Assembly (NCBI GenBank): GCA_051362555.1
Contig: CM120649.1
Span: 6,696,001-6,760,000, forward strand
Length of the DNA stretch: 64,000 nt
Source: Lingula anatina
Lineage: Eukaryota > Animalia > Brachiopoda
Direction: 5' to 3'
The notes beneath the pieces were generated by a model. It was not told the DNA's origin and did no database searches. It was given only the letters and a program-made list of their open reading frames with translations. The number at the start of each line of letters is the position of its first letter. Position 1 is the first letter of the stretch. Below are positions 34,801 through 48,809 of this stretch, one piece after another. The position numbers and the translations under genes are program-made.

Positions 34801-37800
34801 TGAAAATTAACTTGCCACGTATAAATGATAGACTTAATTTTTTTAATTCATGTGACTTAACAGAGTTTTCTGATCCAAGATTATATTGAAAAAGTATAAG
34901 AATTATCTGTAACAATATTTGTGCTTCCAATTTGTCTACCAATTTAAGTAAAGAATACACAAATGTGATTTAACCTCTGTTATAGGGAATTCTTGCACCA
35001 CAAAACTGATTATTTTAGTTTTAATAAGCTGTTGGTTCAACTATACTACAGAAGTCTACATATATAAAAAGTAAATATAATATATCAATACAAATGACAG
35101 TAAGTTTTAAAAGGGAACTTGAGCTATTTTAAGTCTTTGGCACGGAGATATATGAAAACAACATTTGAAAATCACAAAAAAAAAAAAAAAAAAAAAAATG
35201 GATAACCTATTGTCTCTTGTTGGCTTCCTCAAAAAAAATTTTTTTTTAAATTTTATTTCGATGTACGTCCATCTCCTAAAGTTTTAGATATAAATATAAT
35301 TATATACATATACTTAAATCTAAAGTTCTTCACACAAATACCTACATGTACATAGAAATTTCCAAAAGGGACTTAACAATATTCACACCTTCCAGGTCAT
35401 TTGAAGTCTTTGGCAAAGATGTGTAAACAGCATACGTAAATCACACACCAAAAAAAAAAAAAAAAAATTAATTAATCAATAATAAATCTGTCAAGGCCCC
35501 ATTAAGACCTTTATAATCAGTCAGAGACGCTAAACCCAAGAAGTTACAACTCCTTGCTAAACCAGACAACCAAGAAGAAGAGTCGGGATTATTCAATGTA
35601 TTGATGCCGCAAAACGGATGAAAACACCTGCTCAGAGTTAAATAACTATGTCAAAGAAGCTTGTCAAAGTCCACTCAGGCTTTAACTTTTTAGTGCATTT
35701 CACCATGATTCCCAACAAACTCATCACAATCAGGATTTTCTCTGTTATTATCACTTGTAGCTGATGTATGCAAGCGATGTTACATTTTTGTTAAGCGTAC
35801 GCAGTAAAAATTGACCTCGACTGGCTGCGGTCAACAAGCGTGTGCGAGAGGGGGGGGGGGCGTTGAAATAAATTACAAAAAAAATATTTGCCCAAATTTG
35901 CCCAAAAATCTGAAATGTTGGTTAGAAACCTTAGTCCTTGTTCTTCTACATGGCATATATTTTGTCTTGCCGCCCTTTGCCGACTTCAAAAAATAAATCA
36001 GTTTAAAAGTTTGCCCTTAAAAATTTTCACTTCTGACCTCTCGTAGATCGCGGAAACAATACCCAAAAGGAAGTAACAGCTGTTCTCTATCACGTGTTAA
36101 GGTAGGGTTGTTCCCGATGCAGTAGTTGAGACACGCCGTGCATTGTAAGAGCGGGTTGAAATCTGATACTCTGGGGACAGTTTTAATGGCGCTTCGCGAA
36201 ATAGAACAACTAACGCCACCTAGGGACGTCTGCGCTCGCTACAGTCCCAAACACAGGTTAGAAACATGAATATACATAAGACAGTTAACGCTTTGAATGA
36301 AATTGGAACACCAGAAACTGTGAGTATGATGAAACCGAAGTCATTTGACAAGCCAAGCCAGTCTAAACATTACGAGTTTAGACATGAAAAACGAAGTAGA
36401 AACTCCCTGACTGAGAAAACATGGAACGTTGGATCACTTTGCAAAAGTCTGCAAAACTGAAACTATTATTCATGTAAATGACAGCTTTGAACATGATAAT
36501 CCAGGAGTGCATATATACATTTGGTGTGGGAACCAATGCAATATACACAGAAGACATGGAGGAAATAGAGGAGTTGTTAATCTCAGTGTATTACCAGATT
36601 CAGGTGCATATTGTAATATCATTGATGAAAATACATGGAGAATGCTGAAATCCAAGAAAAATAAATGTGGCTCTTGTGGAGGACCAGAAAACAAACAGTA
36701 TTATTCATGCACGTCTGAGAAACCTTTAAAAGTGAAGGGAACATTTGAATGTGACGTAAAGGAAGAGACCAGTAGTAGTGAAAGGACATGGGATTTGATA
36801 TGAGTTGATAAGTTTTGAGAATTTTCAGTGTGGTTTAAGGAATAAAAGTTGGAGTTCATATGCTATTCTGCAAATGTTTGAAAGGACATTTTAAAGACTG
36901 AACTGTCAATAAACATATTTTGAAAGGACCGTTTCTGTCCAAGAAAGGAAGGGATGTTGTGTTTTGACTTGACATTTGAATGAACTGTTGTTAACTTGGT
37001 AGAGTTACTTGTTCCATATTGTTGATTCCATTAATAATTATAAGCTTGTCAAGGAGCCAGATGTATCATTTCTTAGTGTTATGGATTTGAAAAAAGCGCA
37101 AACATTGCAAACTGGTTCAATTCATTGAGTGATTTAATTCAAAAGCATTGATACTGGGGTTTGTTTTTGTGCACATGTAATTCTCTTTTAATTGTACATC
37201 TATATCTGTGCTGGAGTATACATATTTTTTTTTCAGAATTTACATGTATGTACAGTACTGTAGCCAGCATGCAAGTTGAATTACAGTTACTGCATGGTTA
37301 TTTATAATTTTGTTATAACTCACCATCATCTAAAAAAACAATGTTTTTTCATTCATTATTCAAGATTTATTCATTACAAAACTATATTCATTAGTGATTA
37401 TTATTATTAATGATATGTTTGAATTAGTTTAAAAATGACAATGTGTGCAAAAATATTTCCCCCTCAAACCCCTCCCCCATGTACATGCATAATTAATTAC
37501 AATTTTTGTAATTTGTGTTAATTCAGATTCGATGAGCAGCTTTGTGTTGAAAAAAAAATTGTTATAACTGTTTTCTTTACATGTATGTAAGTGACATTTC
37601 CTCCTGTTAAGTGTCTGTATATTTACCTTTTTGCAGTGTAGTTTTTTTTTTCAAATATACATTGTTTTGTACAAAAAGACAAGGAGTGACCCTTAATTTG
37701 TTATATGTTAGTTGCCAGCAAGGTTATATAATGTGTAATAATTTTGTTTCGGGTTTTAGCACAGAATAAATACTTGAATCTTGTATGTCTTTTTTATAGT

Positions 37801-39554
37801 AATCTTATTGAATAATTAAAAATAATTAAAAAAAAGAAAAAAAAAAAACATTCTGGGCCATATGTGGTCCATGTCTGGCCCTAATCTGGCCCATTTGAAT
37901 ATGATCTGGCCCACATCTGGCCCACATCTGGCATGCCATACATTTGCCAGATATTGCCAGATCTGGGCCGACATCTGGCCATATGAGCAAATGTGGACTG
38001 GGCCAGATGTGGCAATGTCTGGGCCAGATCTGGCCCAAACATTGCCACATCTGGCCCACATGTGGCAAGCCATACGTGGGCCATACCTTTTGCCAGACGT
38101 TGCCAGATCTGGGCCAGACGTGGGCCAGATCACTGAGGCTGTCTGGGTACCAAGTTGTAAATCTTACAGGTTACAAAAACAAAGTTCAATGGAGTAAATG
38201 TTCGAGTATATGATCCCAATAAAACTAAAGGAGAAAGACCTGCTCTCATATATTTACATGGAGGTGGCTGGACAATAGGAAGTTCTGGTAAGTGAGTGCC
38301 ATTTTGCATTGATTTCAGTTTTTTCAATTCTACCCAACTTTTCTTTGGATAATTTGGAATAGAAACATTAGCCTGTTGTTTTTCCAGAATTAAGGGACCA
38401 AGTCATAAGTTTTGTTTTGGAAAGGGGGGTCAGGGCCAGCCTTGGTCTCTGCTTCTGTCTCTTGTTTCTGTCTATGCTGTAAGCATATATTTTAAAAAAT
38501 TGATGTAAATCAAAGTTTTTATTTTCTTAGCTGTATATGACAGCATCACAAGAAGCATTGCAGAAGAACTGGGGATGGTAGTGGTCTCTGTTGAGTAAGT
38601 ACCATAAGCTTATCTCTTCTTATAGAGCTCATTCACAATGAGACTATTGCTCTATGTACATCGATCCAACTCCACAGGGGCTCTAGCCGAATGCAGTAAA
38701 CTGATATTGTCTGGCATGCTCCCTCACAAAGCAACATGAACAACATCATATACCACAGTTTTCGAATATACCCAAGTGCATGTACTTTAAGTTTTGCGGG
38801 GCTACCAGACAATTTAGCTGATTATACATTGACTGCGCTGTAGCAAGAATCGGCGCTGAGACAGATCGATCCTGCTGGACTGATAACTTTTTATCTGAAC
38901 ACAGCCTATAATGGCCTGAAATTTTGCTAAGGTAAGAAACAGTGAACAAGTATACATGTAGTTGTTGGCCCTGGGACGTACAAGACATTCCTTCTGAAAA
39001 TCTGGATGACATTTGCCTCGTTGATAGATTATATATTATTTTGGTTGAATGTTTCCTTTTGTAGTTATTGTTTGGCCCCAGAACACAAATACCCAGTTGG
39101 TTTGGAGGACAGTGTGGCAGTGACTGTGTATCTGCTAGAGAAAGCTGCTAAGTATAATGTGGATCCCAACAGAGTGGCTGTGGGAGGTAAGGGGCCGTTC
39201 CCTTAACCCAACTATATTGGCTGGATCGAACTGACTCCTCGGGGATTGTTGCTAAATTGCATGTAGTTATAGCAGCTTAAATGTCTGGCACACCCCCTCA
39301 TAACTTAAGGTGCATGTACTCAGTACTTAAAATGAATTCGGGAAAACATTGTGCTCCATGATGTCGTACATGTTGCTTGAGAGGAGGAGTACCAGAAAAT
39401 TAAGCTGATTACATTGACCACACCTGAGCTAATATCCTCACTGAGATAGATCGATCCTGCTAGTAGGATAAAGTTATGAGAACACAGTCTTAAAGTGTAA
39501 CTAAATTGGTAGCTACTAATTTATTGTATCTTTTTGTCATAGAACCAGACCTTT

Positions 39555-39617
<63 letters not shown>

Positions 39618-40560
39618 TATTACTAATGTATAAGGACCATATAAAAAGCAAACAATCCTGTGATTTATTGGTGCCATTTTCTTTTCAATTTAATGTAAAC
39701 TGAATGTTTGTAATTCAGCAATTAAAAGACAATAACTAGGTGAGCCAAAATTCTATTAAAGAAATAAAACGATAACCAAATGATGAGCAAAAAAATTAGA
39801 CTAAAATTTCATGGTAAGAATATAAAGTTGTCTTAGAATTCAAAGAAATGTGTAGTTATTAAATCATCATAAAATCAAGTGATTAATTTTCTGACATGTT
39901 GCAGGTGACAGTGCCGGTGGAAACTTAGCAGCTGCAGTTGCACTGAAACTTCGAGACCAGAATGTGACGCCATTTCTAAAACAACAACTCCTCATCTACC
40001 CTGCTCTCCAGCTTATCGACAACCAGCTCCCCTCAGCGCAGCAGAACAGTAAACTCGGCATTATTTTAAAGACTGAACTCATGGTGAAATTTTGGTTGTC
40101 CTACTCCTTAGGGGTTGCAAAAGCAGATGTTAATCAGTTGAAACTGATGCTCAACAACCAGCACCTTTCAGAGCAGGCTCTAAAGAGAGGAAGAGAGTTT
40201 GTGCATCCTTCATTACTGGAGGAGAAGTATATTCCAAAGGACTATAAACCATACAAAAACCAAGGCTTGTCAAAGCCACCTATTTCTGCGGAATTTGAAC
40301 GTGTAGTGATGGATCCATATTTCAGTCCCATTATGGCTGAGACTCTGCAGGGGGTCCCTGAGGCGTGCCTCATCACTGCAGAATATGACATCTTGAGGGA
40401 CGATGGTTTGTTGTTCAAAAGGCGTTTAGAGGAGGCGAAGGTCAAGGTTACACACCACCATTACAAGATATTCCACGGGATTTTCATTGAACCACACAGT
40501 CACATGAAAATGTTTGCACAAGTTCACAGAGATGTTTTGGTTTGTTTGAAACATGTGTAA
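31594..40560 (+). CDS. Arylacetamide deacetylase/NCEH1-like carboxylesterase (HSL/GDXG family), copy 1; exons 31594-31743, 32346-32453, 38170-38287, 38531-38594, 39065-39186, 39905-40560
   Basis: N-terminal hydrophobic anchor + YVPVPD; HGGGW oxyanion loop; DY(C)LAPEH; GDSAGGNL nucleophile; [10 protein letters not shown]; FHG. All introns are GT-AG and in phase. Confidence 0.92.
32987..38147. mobile_element. 5.2-kb non-autonomous TIR transposon (CCCAG ends, TA TSD; EnSpm/CMC-like) in esterase-1 intron 2
   Basis: 58-bp TIRs with 1 mismatch (CCCAGACAGCCTCAGT..) and arrays of TCTGGC/GCCAGA subterminal repeats. The empty site TGAC-TA-CCAAG is intact in paralog 2 (~46668). Confidence 0.9.
33353..37153 (+). 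mobile_element. Degenerate Gypsy LTR retrotransposon nested in the TIR element
   Basis: Diverged LTRs at ~33353-33579 and ~36955-37153. PBS TGGCGACGAGGAT at 33581 (tRNA-Ser(GCU)-like) and PPT AAGAAAGGAAGGGA at 36941. Gag remnant RRALMLYSAGTGVQDIF, knuckle remnant DHFAKVCK, protease VLPDSGAYCNII. No RT or integrase seen. Confidence 0.8.
38624..38907. mobile_element. Harbinger-like MITE in esterase-1 intron 4
   Basis: Internal gatccaactcc/gatcgatcctgct motifs shared with 39191 and 41227; absent from paralog 2. Confidence 0.55.
39191..39490. mobile_element. Harbinger-like MITE at the intron 5 donor of esterase 1
   Basis: Begins right after GTAA. Imperfect TIRs (ggggccgttccc / gagaacacagtc). 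Same family as 38624. Confidence 0.55.
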
Positions 40561-41226
40561 TAAATTTTAAAAATGCTTCACAACATGTTTAAGCTAAGGT
40601 TACAGTAATAAATCTTAAACTTTCAGATCAGAAATTGTGATTGGGGGAGGGAAAACTTCAAAAGGATAAAAAGAATATTTATCCTATAGTTGAGTCATTC
40701 AAATACTAGCTAGCAATTGCACCTTCTTCTGTATTTAAAATTACAATGCAAACATTTGTTCTGATTATGTGATGACATATTAATTTTCAAAAGGCTAAGG
40801 TGCAGTACATATAATAAATAGTTGGCTTTGCATAAAACTCTGACTCACTATAGGTCTGGAAAATTTGCCGAGATACACAAACACTTGAGTAAATGATATT
40901 CATGTACCAACTAATATCAAGGAAAGAAAATTGTTCCAAAAGATTTGGTTGAGAATAACAATTATTGGAGATAGCAGATGATGAGTTAATATGAAGAGTC
41001 CACTGTAGTTAAATCTATCATTGTTTAAATTGTTAAAGTTAAGTGTTATGATATCACTGTTATTGTCTTTTTTTTTACATGCTTTAAACATTTTATTTCT
41101 TTGTATTTTATAATTTATACACTTTTTACATGAACATTTTAAAGTAAATACTATGTGTTCAGATTGTTAATGCAATGGCTTTGAAATGTAATAATTAATG
41201 CAAAACTATCTCTCAGTAGTGACTAA

Positions 41227-41478
41227 GAGCGTGTTCAAATTCAAAAATAGTACCAGCTGGATCAATCCAACTCTGCTGGATTCTCACAATTCAATGTACC
41301 TACAGTACTTAATTGTCTGACATGCCTTCTTGAGTAGCTAGTTAATTAGTTACACTAATTACCCCCTTTCAGGAGGCATGTCAGACATTTAAGCCAATTA
41401 CAGTGATTGCACTTAGGGAGAAATTCCCCCAGAGTTGGAACAATCAAGCTAGTACAATGGCTTCATCTGAACGCTCCC
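41227..41478. mobile_element. Harbinger-like MITE downstream of esterase 1
   Basis: TAA-GAGCGTGTTCA..TGAACGCTCCC-TAA; absent from the paralogous 3' flank at ~49080. Confidence 0.65.
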
Positions 41479-44400
41479 TAAAAAGAACTCGCAGGCAATC
41501 CAAAACAGAGTGAGTCACTCAGGGACAAACAGACAAAGAGACTGCCACTGGTGTGCCATATATTGATAAATGTATTACATGTTAACAATATTAATTGTTT
41601 GTATAATTTTAAGAGCAATCTGTGTTGTATAATCAAGCATTATAGTGAGGTATAAATGAATTTGTGATATGAGGCATTAGTTTTATTTCATGTGATATTT
41701 GGAATATTGTGGAAAATGGAAGTTTAGCCTAGTTGATGCACAAGCTGTGATAATTTCAAAAGCACTGAATATTTTATTATTTTCCATTCATGCTGAGTAG
41801 ATAATCATATTAAAGTATTATTGACTTTGACTGAGATCAGAATTTTTTTTTTTTTTTGAAAGCTATATTGACAAAGGGAAAGCCATCTTGTTTTGCAGAC
41901 TAAAAGCAAATTGTATATTATTATATATTTATTCATTATAAAATAATTATAATTGCTGCTACTAAATGGAATTGTTTACAAATTGCAGCCAGAAAAAGAG
42001 ACAATCAGAAAAAAACAAATGGTTTCTACAAGCATGGTATTGCCATTGACTTTTAAACGATCCTTTATAATAATATGAATTAAATTAGCCTTTATAATAA
42101 TAAATGTAAGGTACTTAATTCAATAAAAAAACATGATGGATAAATTTTTCAGATCTTGTCATTTTTGTGCCCATGCTGCAAAATTGAAAATTAGTTTTCA
42201 AGCATTTAAAAGTTAACTTCAAACAACCAATAAAACCAATAAAACGCCCTGATCTTAGTGCTGTGAACTCGTACGATTTTGACCAAATTTCAACAAGTTT
42301 CATTTCAGTTAACGGTAATAAGAACCTATTTAGGATATAATGACATTTGATATATAATCAGTTCAGTTAACTTCCATGTGTTTTCTACTTATTTTGTTTT
42401 CTTAACACTATAGTTGTAAAATTTCAATCTTTTAAATTGGTTTTCATATATCTGAAAGAATCAGTCATTATAACAGCAGAACAACGGGTTCCTCTTCTTT
42501 ACTAAAACGCGCATGTCCAAGTTGGTTAATTTTTTTCTTTTCTCTTTTATTCCTTTTGATTTGTTTTAATCAATTTCTTAAAATTTCAATAATTAGATTT
42601 TATATGTAAAAAATGTTTCTTAGCAGCGCTGAAACCTGGGTGTAATGCAATTTTGAGAAAATAATTCTTCATTTTCTTACTTTCTTCCCCTTACATAGTA
42701 CAGGCTAAGATCTAATATACCGTTTATTAGATGTTAGGTACAGGTGAAGGGGAGCATGTAGCTACCGTTACCAGTATGCCATATGTTGTTCATCCATAAC
42801 ACAATATAGAAAAATTATATATTAAAAGTGTTTTTCAAAGGGAATTTGTGCAATATATTGCCGACCATAGTAAGAATGTCCATAAAGGAAAGAGTTGATG
42901 TTTTCGATGTTTCTTATTTGAACAATATATTTCAAATAGTTATATCATTAACTCATTTCAGATCACAATTTTGGCACACGTAGAGCAACCTCGATTCATT
43001 TTTTTTTTTTCATTCTAGCTCAGCCTTGACATCGGACAGTCGGCTACATCCTTATACATCCCCGCACCGAATACTCTCCCGCACTGATACTTCGCGTACC
43101 GTTATTCACCCACATCAAACCTCCCCCACAGCATAGATTCCTTTGGCTTTGGTTTCAATTGCGACACCCAAAACTTTTTTTTCAGTTAAAACCCTTTTTG
43201 TAATGTGATTTTTTTTCAAAAGTGCACCACTGTCTTGGGACCCAGAAGTGACACACTTTATTAGAAATATTGCGGAAATAAAAGAAATACTAAAATTTGT
43301 ATGCTTTCAAGTTTGTAACATAGTCGATCTTTCACGTCAGGCATTGTGTGCAGCTCGGCTCTGTGATTTTTGAAAAATATCTGAAAACTTCACTTCGTTT
43401 TTCAACACATGGTAATTATGGTATACCGATTACACACCCTTTTATTTATTTATCTACACTGTATCTGTCTATCTAAATTTGCTTTAACCAAAGCTAACGC
43501 ACCGTAATCTTTCGTCAATCTGTTGAATTATTAAGAAATAAAAAAGCAGAGTTTAATCGTTAAATTGTCGCCTTTGTCTTCGTGGAAATGTGACTTTTTA
43601 AAAATTTACTCATTAGGCGATTCTAGGAACCATTAAACACGCGCTGAAATTATGGGGGTTTTATTACGGTAATATCAGTTATCGTCATAATTACGGGGGC
43701 CTAAATCTAATTGTTTTTTCCTTTAGATTTTATATGAAATAAAAATCTAGTACGATAAAAATACTGCTTAAATCTAAGATCTAATATACCAATATCCGTT
43801 TATTAGATCTTAGCTTAAATGTAGCATCGTAAATTCTTAAAAACAGGTGGAATATATAAATCCAATGGTGCGTATTGTCGGCATACGACGGGATCGTAAA
43901 AAAAAAAAAGAAAAAGAAAAAAATCACTAATTCTTGTCCTGTATGCCCTTATGAAACTGTGCCACGTCCAGTTCAGCAAGTCATTTTTGATGGGTTTTGA
44001 TTTTTGCTCTCCCAATTGCTCTCCCAATTATATTTGACGATCTTATCTTCATATGAATATTTTACAAAACAAAATTCTCTCTTTTTTTTTTTTTTTTTTT
44101 TTTTTTTGCATAATTAACTGAGGTCCGAATTGAGGCATAAAAAAAAAAAGAATTTTTGAATTAAACTTCAAATTAAAGATCTGATCTCAATATTTCATTT
44201 GAATGTTAGACTGTGGCGGACACTAAGCGGACTAAGTACTGTATAATTTAATTAGAAATGTCATAAAACATCGAATCCAAGTTACGGATAGGTCGAACAT
44301 TATTATTCGTGATTAGGAACTTGCTTTTTTTTTCAAGGAAAATTGGATCTTGACAACTTTAAAATGTTATTGGGTTTTTGACGAAGATTATTATTTAGCC

Positions 44401-44864
44401 AACTTTTTCTCAAACGAACCTGTACACAAACTTCATTATTTTCGGGAAAATAAAAACATTTGTTTTGATTTTTTCAAGTTTCTCTTTCTATTTACACCTG
44501 AACTCTCGAATTATTGACGGGATTTACTATTTTGAAACGAGAACAGATGCATATATATATAGGTCACTGGATATAGGTCAAGTCATGTGAACTTGCGGAA
44601 TTAAACCCTGTAAGCACTACAGGTATGTTCCGGTAAATTTTGATAGCAATGATTAAAATTCGTCTTTTAACTGTGTCAAAAATATTTTACAGACTCCCTA
44701 TTGTAGGGAACAAACGTCCGTGGTTGCTTTTGGAATGTAATACATGTACAACCAAGTTACGCCAAAAATATGAAGCCAGGTACCCGAAGTTGTGTGTTGG
44801 TTACAGGTACTTGTAGCATATTTAGATCCTATAATCAGATGTGTTTTAATCATCTAGGTCTGAA

Positions 44865-47023
44865 ATGAGGTGCTGCGGAGCACGTTACTTACTTCTTGTT
44901 GCCGTGGCAGTGGCAGGCTTGGCTTATATAGCCTATGTCCCAGTGCCTGATGACTTTGATAATCCCTGGGAGATAAGGCCCATCATATGGTCTACAAAAC
45001 TAGGACCTTATTTGGTAAGAATCTTGTGAAATTTTGTTGATCACTTATCAAATTTATGGTTTTTGGGAAGGTTAATGATTACTGAAAATATATAATGCAA
45101 TTATTATTTGAAAAGAAATATGTATAATATCATTCACCATATAATAATACAAAAATTAGGGGTCATTTGAGTAAAGTTGCATCATTAATATGAAAAGAGT
45201 ATTATTTTTTATTGGTAAAAAAAAAAGCATATTTTCAACAATGAGGCATGATGTTTTAACCCTTCCTCATAAGCCTTTAGAAAATATTAACTTATTTCCA
45301 ACAATACACAAAATTAAGGCAATGAAAAATCTACATGTACTGTACAGTACGTACAGTACATCATCACCATATTGTGATTTATATTGATATACTTCTTTCC
45401 CCAATAAAACACTTCTTTAACCAGTATGGATCATTAATAATATTTAGTTTTGGCTGAAGGAGAAGCTGGGTTAATTATAATAAACATTAATATAAAGTAT
45501 AACTATATAACTAACAAAGTTAAATATATGGTCATAAGAATATTGATTTAATAAAAAATGATGATAATTATTGTTGCCTTTTTTCAATTGATTAACCAGT
45601 ATGTGTTATTAACATTTTTGTTAACATGTTTAGTTTTGGCTGGGAGAGAAGCTGGGATATGGAACAGAGCTGGAGCAGCTACGTGCCCTGTTTGAGAAGA
45701 TGGGAGACATGGTGCCTCCAGACCCTAACTCCTCAGTTAAGGTAGGAGAAATAGAGTGTTTATGGAATAACTCAACTTTGAAGGTTTCAACTACACTGTA
45801 CATGTACTTTGTTCATATATAGCTGATATACATGTAGGTCCTATATTTCTTGATACATTTTCTGGCTTATTCATTGCTGTGTTTCTGTGACGACCACCCC
45901 AGATAAAGTTGTGAAAATGTTCTGGAATCAATTTAGCATTAAGTTACCTCATTAATAAAGGGTGTATTGTCAGTGCCATATATAGCAGTGAATTGAAAGT
46001 GAAGTTGTGCATTATCATGCTGTAGGCTTCTCCGCAGTAACTTTCTAAACATCTCAACAGATAGGCCATTCACACTAGCACTTTTAACTGCGGCCTGACC
46101 TCGGTCCTATAGAGGTTAACTTTTTTAATGTGAATGGACGACGTACCCCTGACCGCAGTCGAAATAAACCCAGATGGGGAAGTGGGTATAATCGGAGTAA
46201 ACTCCTTACCACGGCCAAGACCGGATGTCTACATATGAAGCGCATGTGCACAGATGTGTCATCATTTGAGCTCCCGCCATGTTGCACAGATTCTGGTTGA
46301 CTGCAGTTTAATCAGAGTAAAATCGACCGCGGATAACGTTCTAATATGAATGGCCTAAGAGATGTTTAGAGGTGTTATATACCTTGGTTGCTACGGCAAC
46401 ATCTGATTCATTGTTCCAGCCTTTAATATGGTTCTTGGCACCGGAATATGTACAGTACAATATAATCAATGACACAAACCGGGATGCAAAATATTACTCG
46501 CCTCACAATAAGAACAACTGTACCAAAGAAAATTGTGAATTTAAAGCAGACTTTTTTGCTTTAAACAAAAAGTGCAGTTGGGGAAATCAATAAAATTGGT
46601 GATTGTAATTATTGTGAGTTTTGTTTTTTATTATTGCTGATTATTGTGTTAATCGTACTTTCCATGACTACCAAGTTGTAAATCTTACAGGTTACAAAAA
46701 CAAAGTTTAATGGAGTAAATGTTCGAGTATATGATCCCAATAAAACTAAAGGAAAAAGACCTGCTCTCATATATTTACATGGAGGTGGCTGGACAATAGG
46801 AAGTTCTGGTAAGTGAGTGCCATTTTGCATTAATTGATTGTAGTTTTTTTTTTTAATTTGGAGTAGAAATATAAGCCTTTTAGCAGGATGTTGACTTAAT
46901 TTTTCAATTAACCTCCTCCCCTTCCATACATACGCAAAACCTCAAAACTCCACTGTGACTCCTTTCTGATGCAAAATACAAGTTATATGGTTGAGAACAT
47001 ATGAAGCACACAGTGATTCATTC

Positions 47024-47067
<44 letters not shown>

Positions 47068-48809
47068 ATGGGCATATTTGTGTGTGTCTATATCTGTCTA
47101 TATCTGTAAACTTATTTTAGAATATATGTTACTGTTTTTAAGTTTACCTATAAATATTATCATTGTTTTTATTTGAGTGGAGTTATTTTGATTTTTAATT
47201 CAGCTGTATATGACAGCACCACAAGAAGTATTGCAGAAGAACTGGGGATGGTAGTGGTCTCTGTTGAGTAAGTTACTTAACATAATTTTGTCTTTTAGTA
47301 TCAAAACTTTTAAACTGCTGCATTATGCAGTTCATTTTCACATACTGCCATCACCTTTTACAACAGAAAACCAAACCTTGTCTAAATTTCCATAGATTCA
47401 TGTAGGAGTTGGGTCTAGACATTCATTATGAGAATCTGGCATCCATTTGCCTTGATGATATATTTGTTGAATGTTTCCTTGTAGTTATCGGTTAGCCCCA
47501 GAACACAAATACCCAGCTGGTTTGGAGGACAGTGTGGCAGTGACTGTGTATCTGCTGGAGAAAGCTGCTAAGTATAATGTGGATCCCAACAGAGTGGCAG
47601 TGGGAGGTAAGGGACTGTTCACATGAAAAATCTATTTTCTAAAAATCTATTTTCTATTCGCGGTATCTTGTGATCACTCCAAGCGCTGCCGAGAATTAAT
47701 TACAGCTTTGGAAGTAACTGGCTCGTGCTGCCAGTAATCACGCCACGGGGTATTCAGGGCACAGACCGTGATCACAAGATACCGCAAATAGATAATAGAT
47801 TTTAAAAAAATAGACTTGTCTTGTGAACAGGGCCTAAGTGTGTAAACTATGAAATTAGTGTATTTTGTCATAGGACAGAAAATTTTTTATCTTTCAGTAA
47901 AAGATATATTACAACTAACATAAAGCAAAAAATCCTTTGTTTTAATGCAAACTGAATGAATGAATATCTGCAAGTAAAAAGCAATAACTAAACGAGACAG
48001 ATTTAGGTTATAGAAATGAAATGGTAACCAAATGATAAGCAGTAATATACTATAAATTGATCCTTTTTGGTAAGAATACTAGTACAAGTTGTCTAAGAAT
48101 TTGTTATGAAAGCAACAGATAATAAAAGTGAAGAATTTTCTGAAATGTTGCAGGTGACAGTGCTGGTGGAAACTTAGCAGCTGCAGTTGCACTGAAACTC
48201 CGAGACCAGAATGTGACACCATTTCTAAAACTACAACTCCTCATCTACCCTGCTCTCCAAGCCATAGACAACCAGCTTCCCTCAGTGCAGCAAAACAATA
48301 AACTGGGCATCAATTTAAAGTCTGAACTCATGGTGAAATTTTGGTTGGCCTACTCATTAGGTGTTGCAAAAGCAGATGTGAATCTATTGAATCTGACGCT
48401 CAACAACCAGCACCTTTCAGAGGAGGTTCTCAAGAGAGGCAGAAAATTTGTGCATCCGTCATTACTAGAGGGGAAGTATATTCCAAAGAACTATAAACCA
48501 TACAAAAACCAAGGCTTGTCGAAGCCGCCAATTTCAGCAGAATTTGAACGTGTTGTGGTGGATCCATATTTCAGTCCCATTATGGCTGAGACTCTGCAGG
48601 GGGTCCCTGAGGCCTGCCTCATCACCGCAGAATATGACATCTTGAGGGACGATGGCTTGCTGTTCAAAAGACGCCTGGAGGAAGCAAAGGTCAAGGTCAC
48701 ACACCACCATTACAAGACATTCCATGGGATATACGATGGACAGCATGGACACATAAAAATGTTTCCACAAGTCCACAGGGGTGTTTTGGATTGTTTGAAA
48801 AATGTGTAA
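44865..48809 (+). CDS. AADAC/NCEH1-like carboxylesterase, copy 2; exons 44865-45014, 45634-45741, 46691-46808, 47204-47267, 47485-47606, 48154-48809
   Basis: Close paralog of copy 1 with identical exon sizes; [31 protein letters not shown] and FHG all intact. Confidence 0.92.
46064..46355. mobile_element. MITE (GGCCATTCA TIRs) in esterase-2 intron 2
   Basis: ggccattcacactag../..ctaatatgaatggcc; not present in copy 1. Confidence 0.7.
47611..47834. mobile_element. Harbinger-like MITE at the intron 5 donor of esterase 2
   Basis: TAA-GGGACTGTTCAC..GTGAACAGGGCC-TAA with an internal inverted repeat gcggtatcttgtgatc/gatcacaagataccgc. Confidence 0.75.

Noticed and set aside
32938-38213. Several 65-111-aa ORFs rich in GPDLA/WARSG
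   Set aside because: They come from TCTGGC/GCCAGA subterminal repeats and are open in many frames on both strands.
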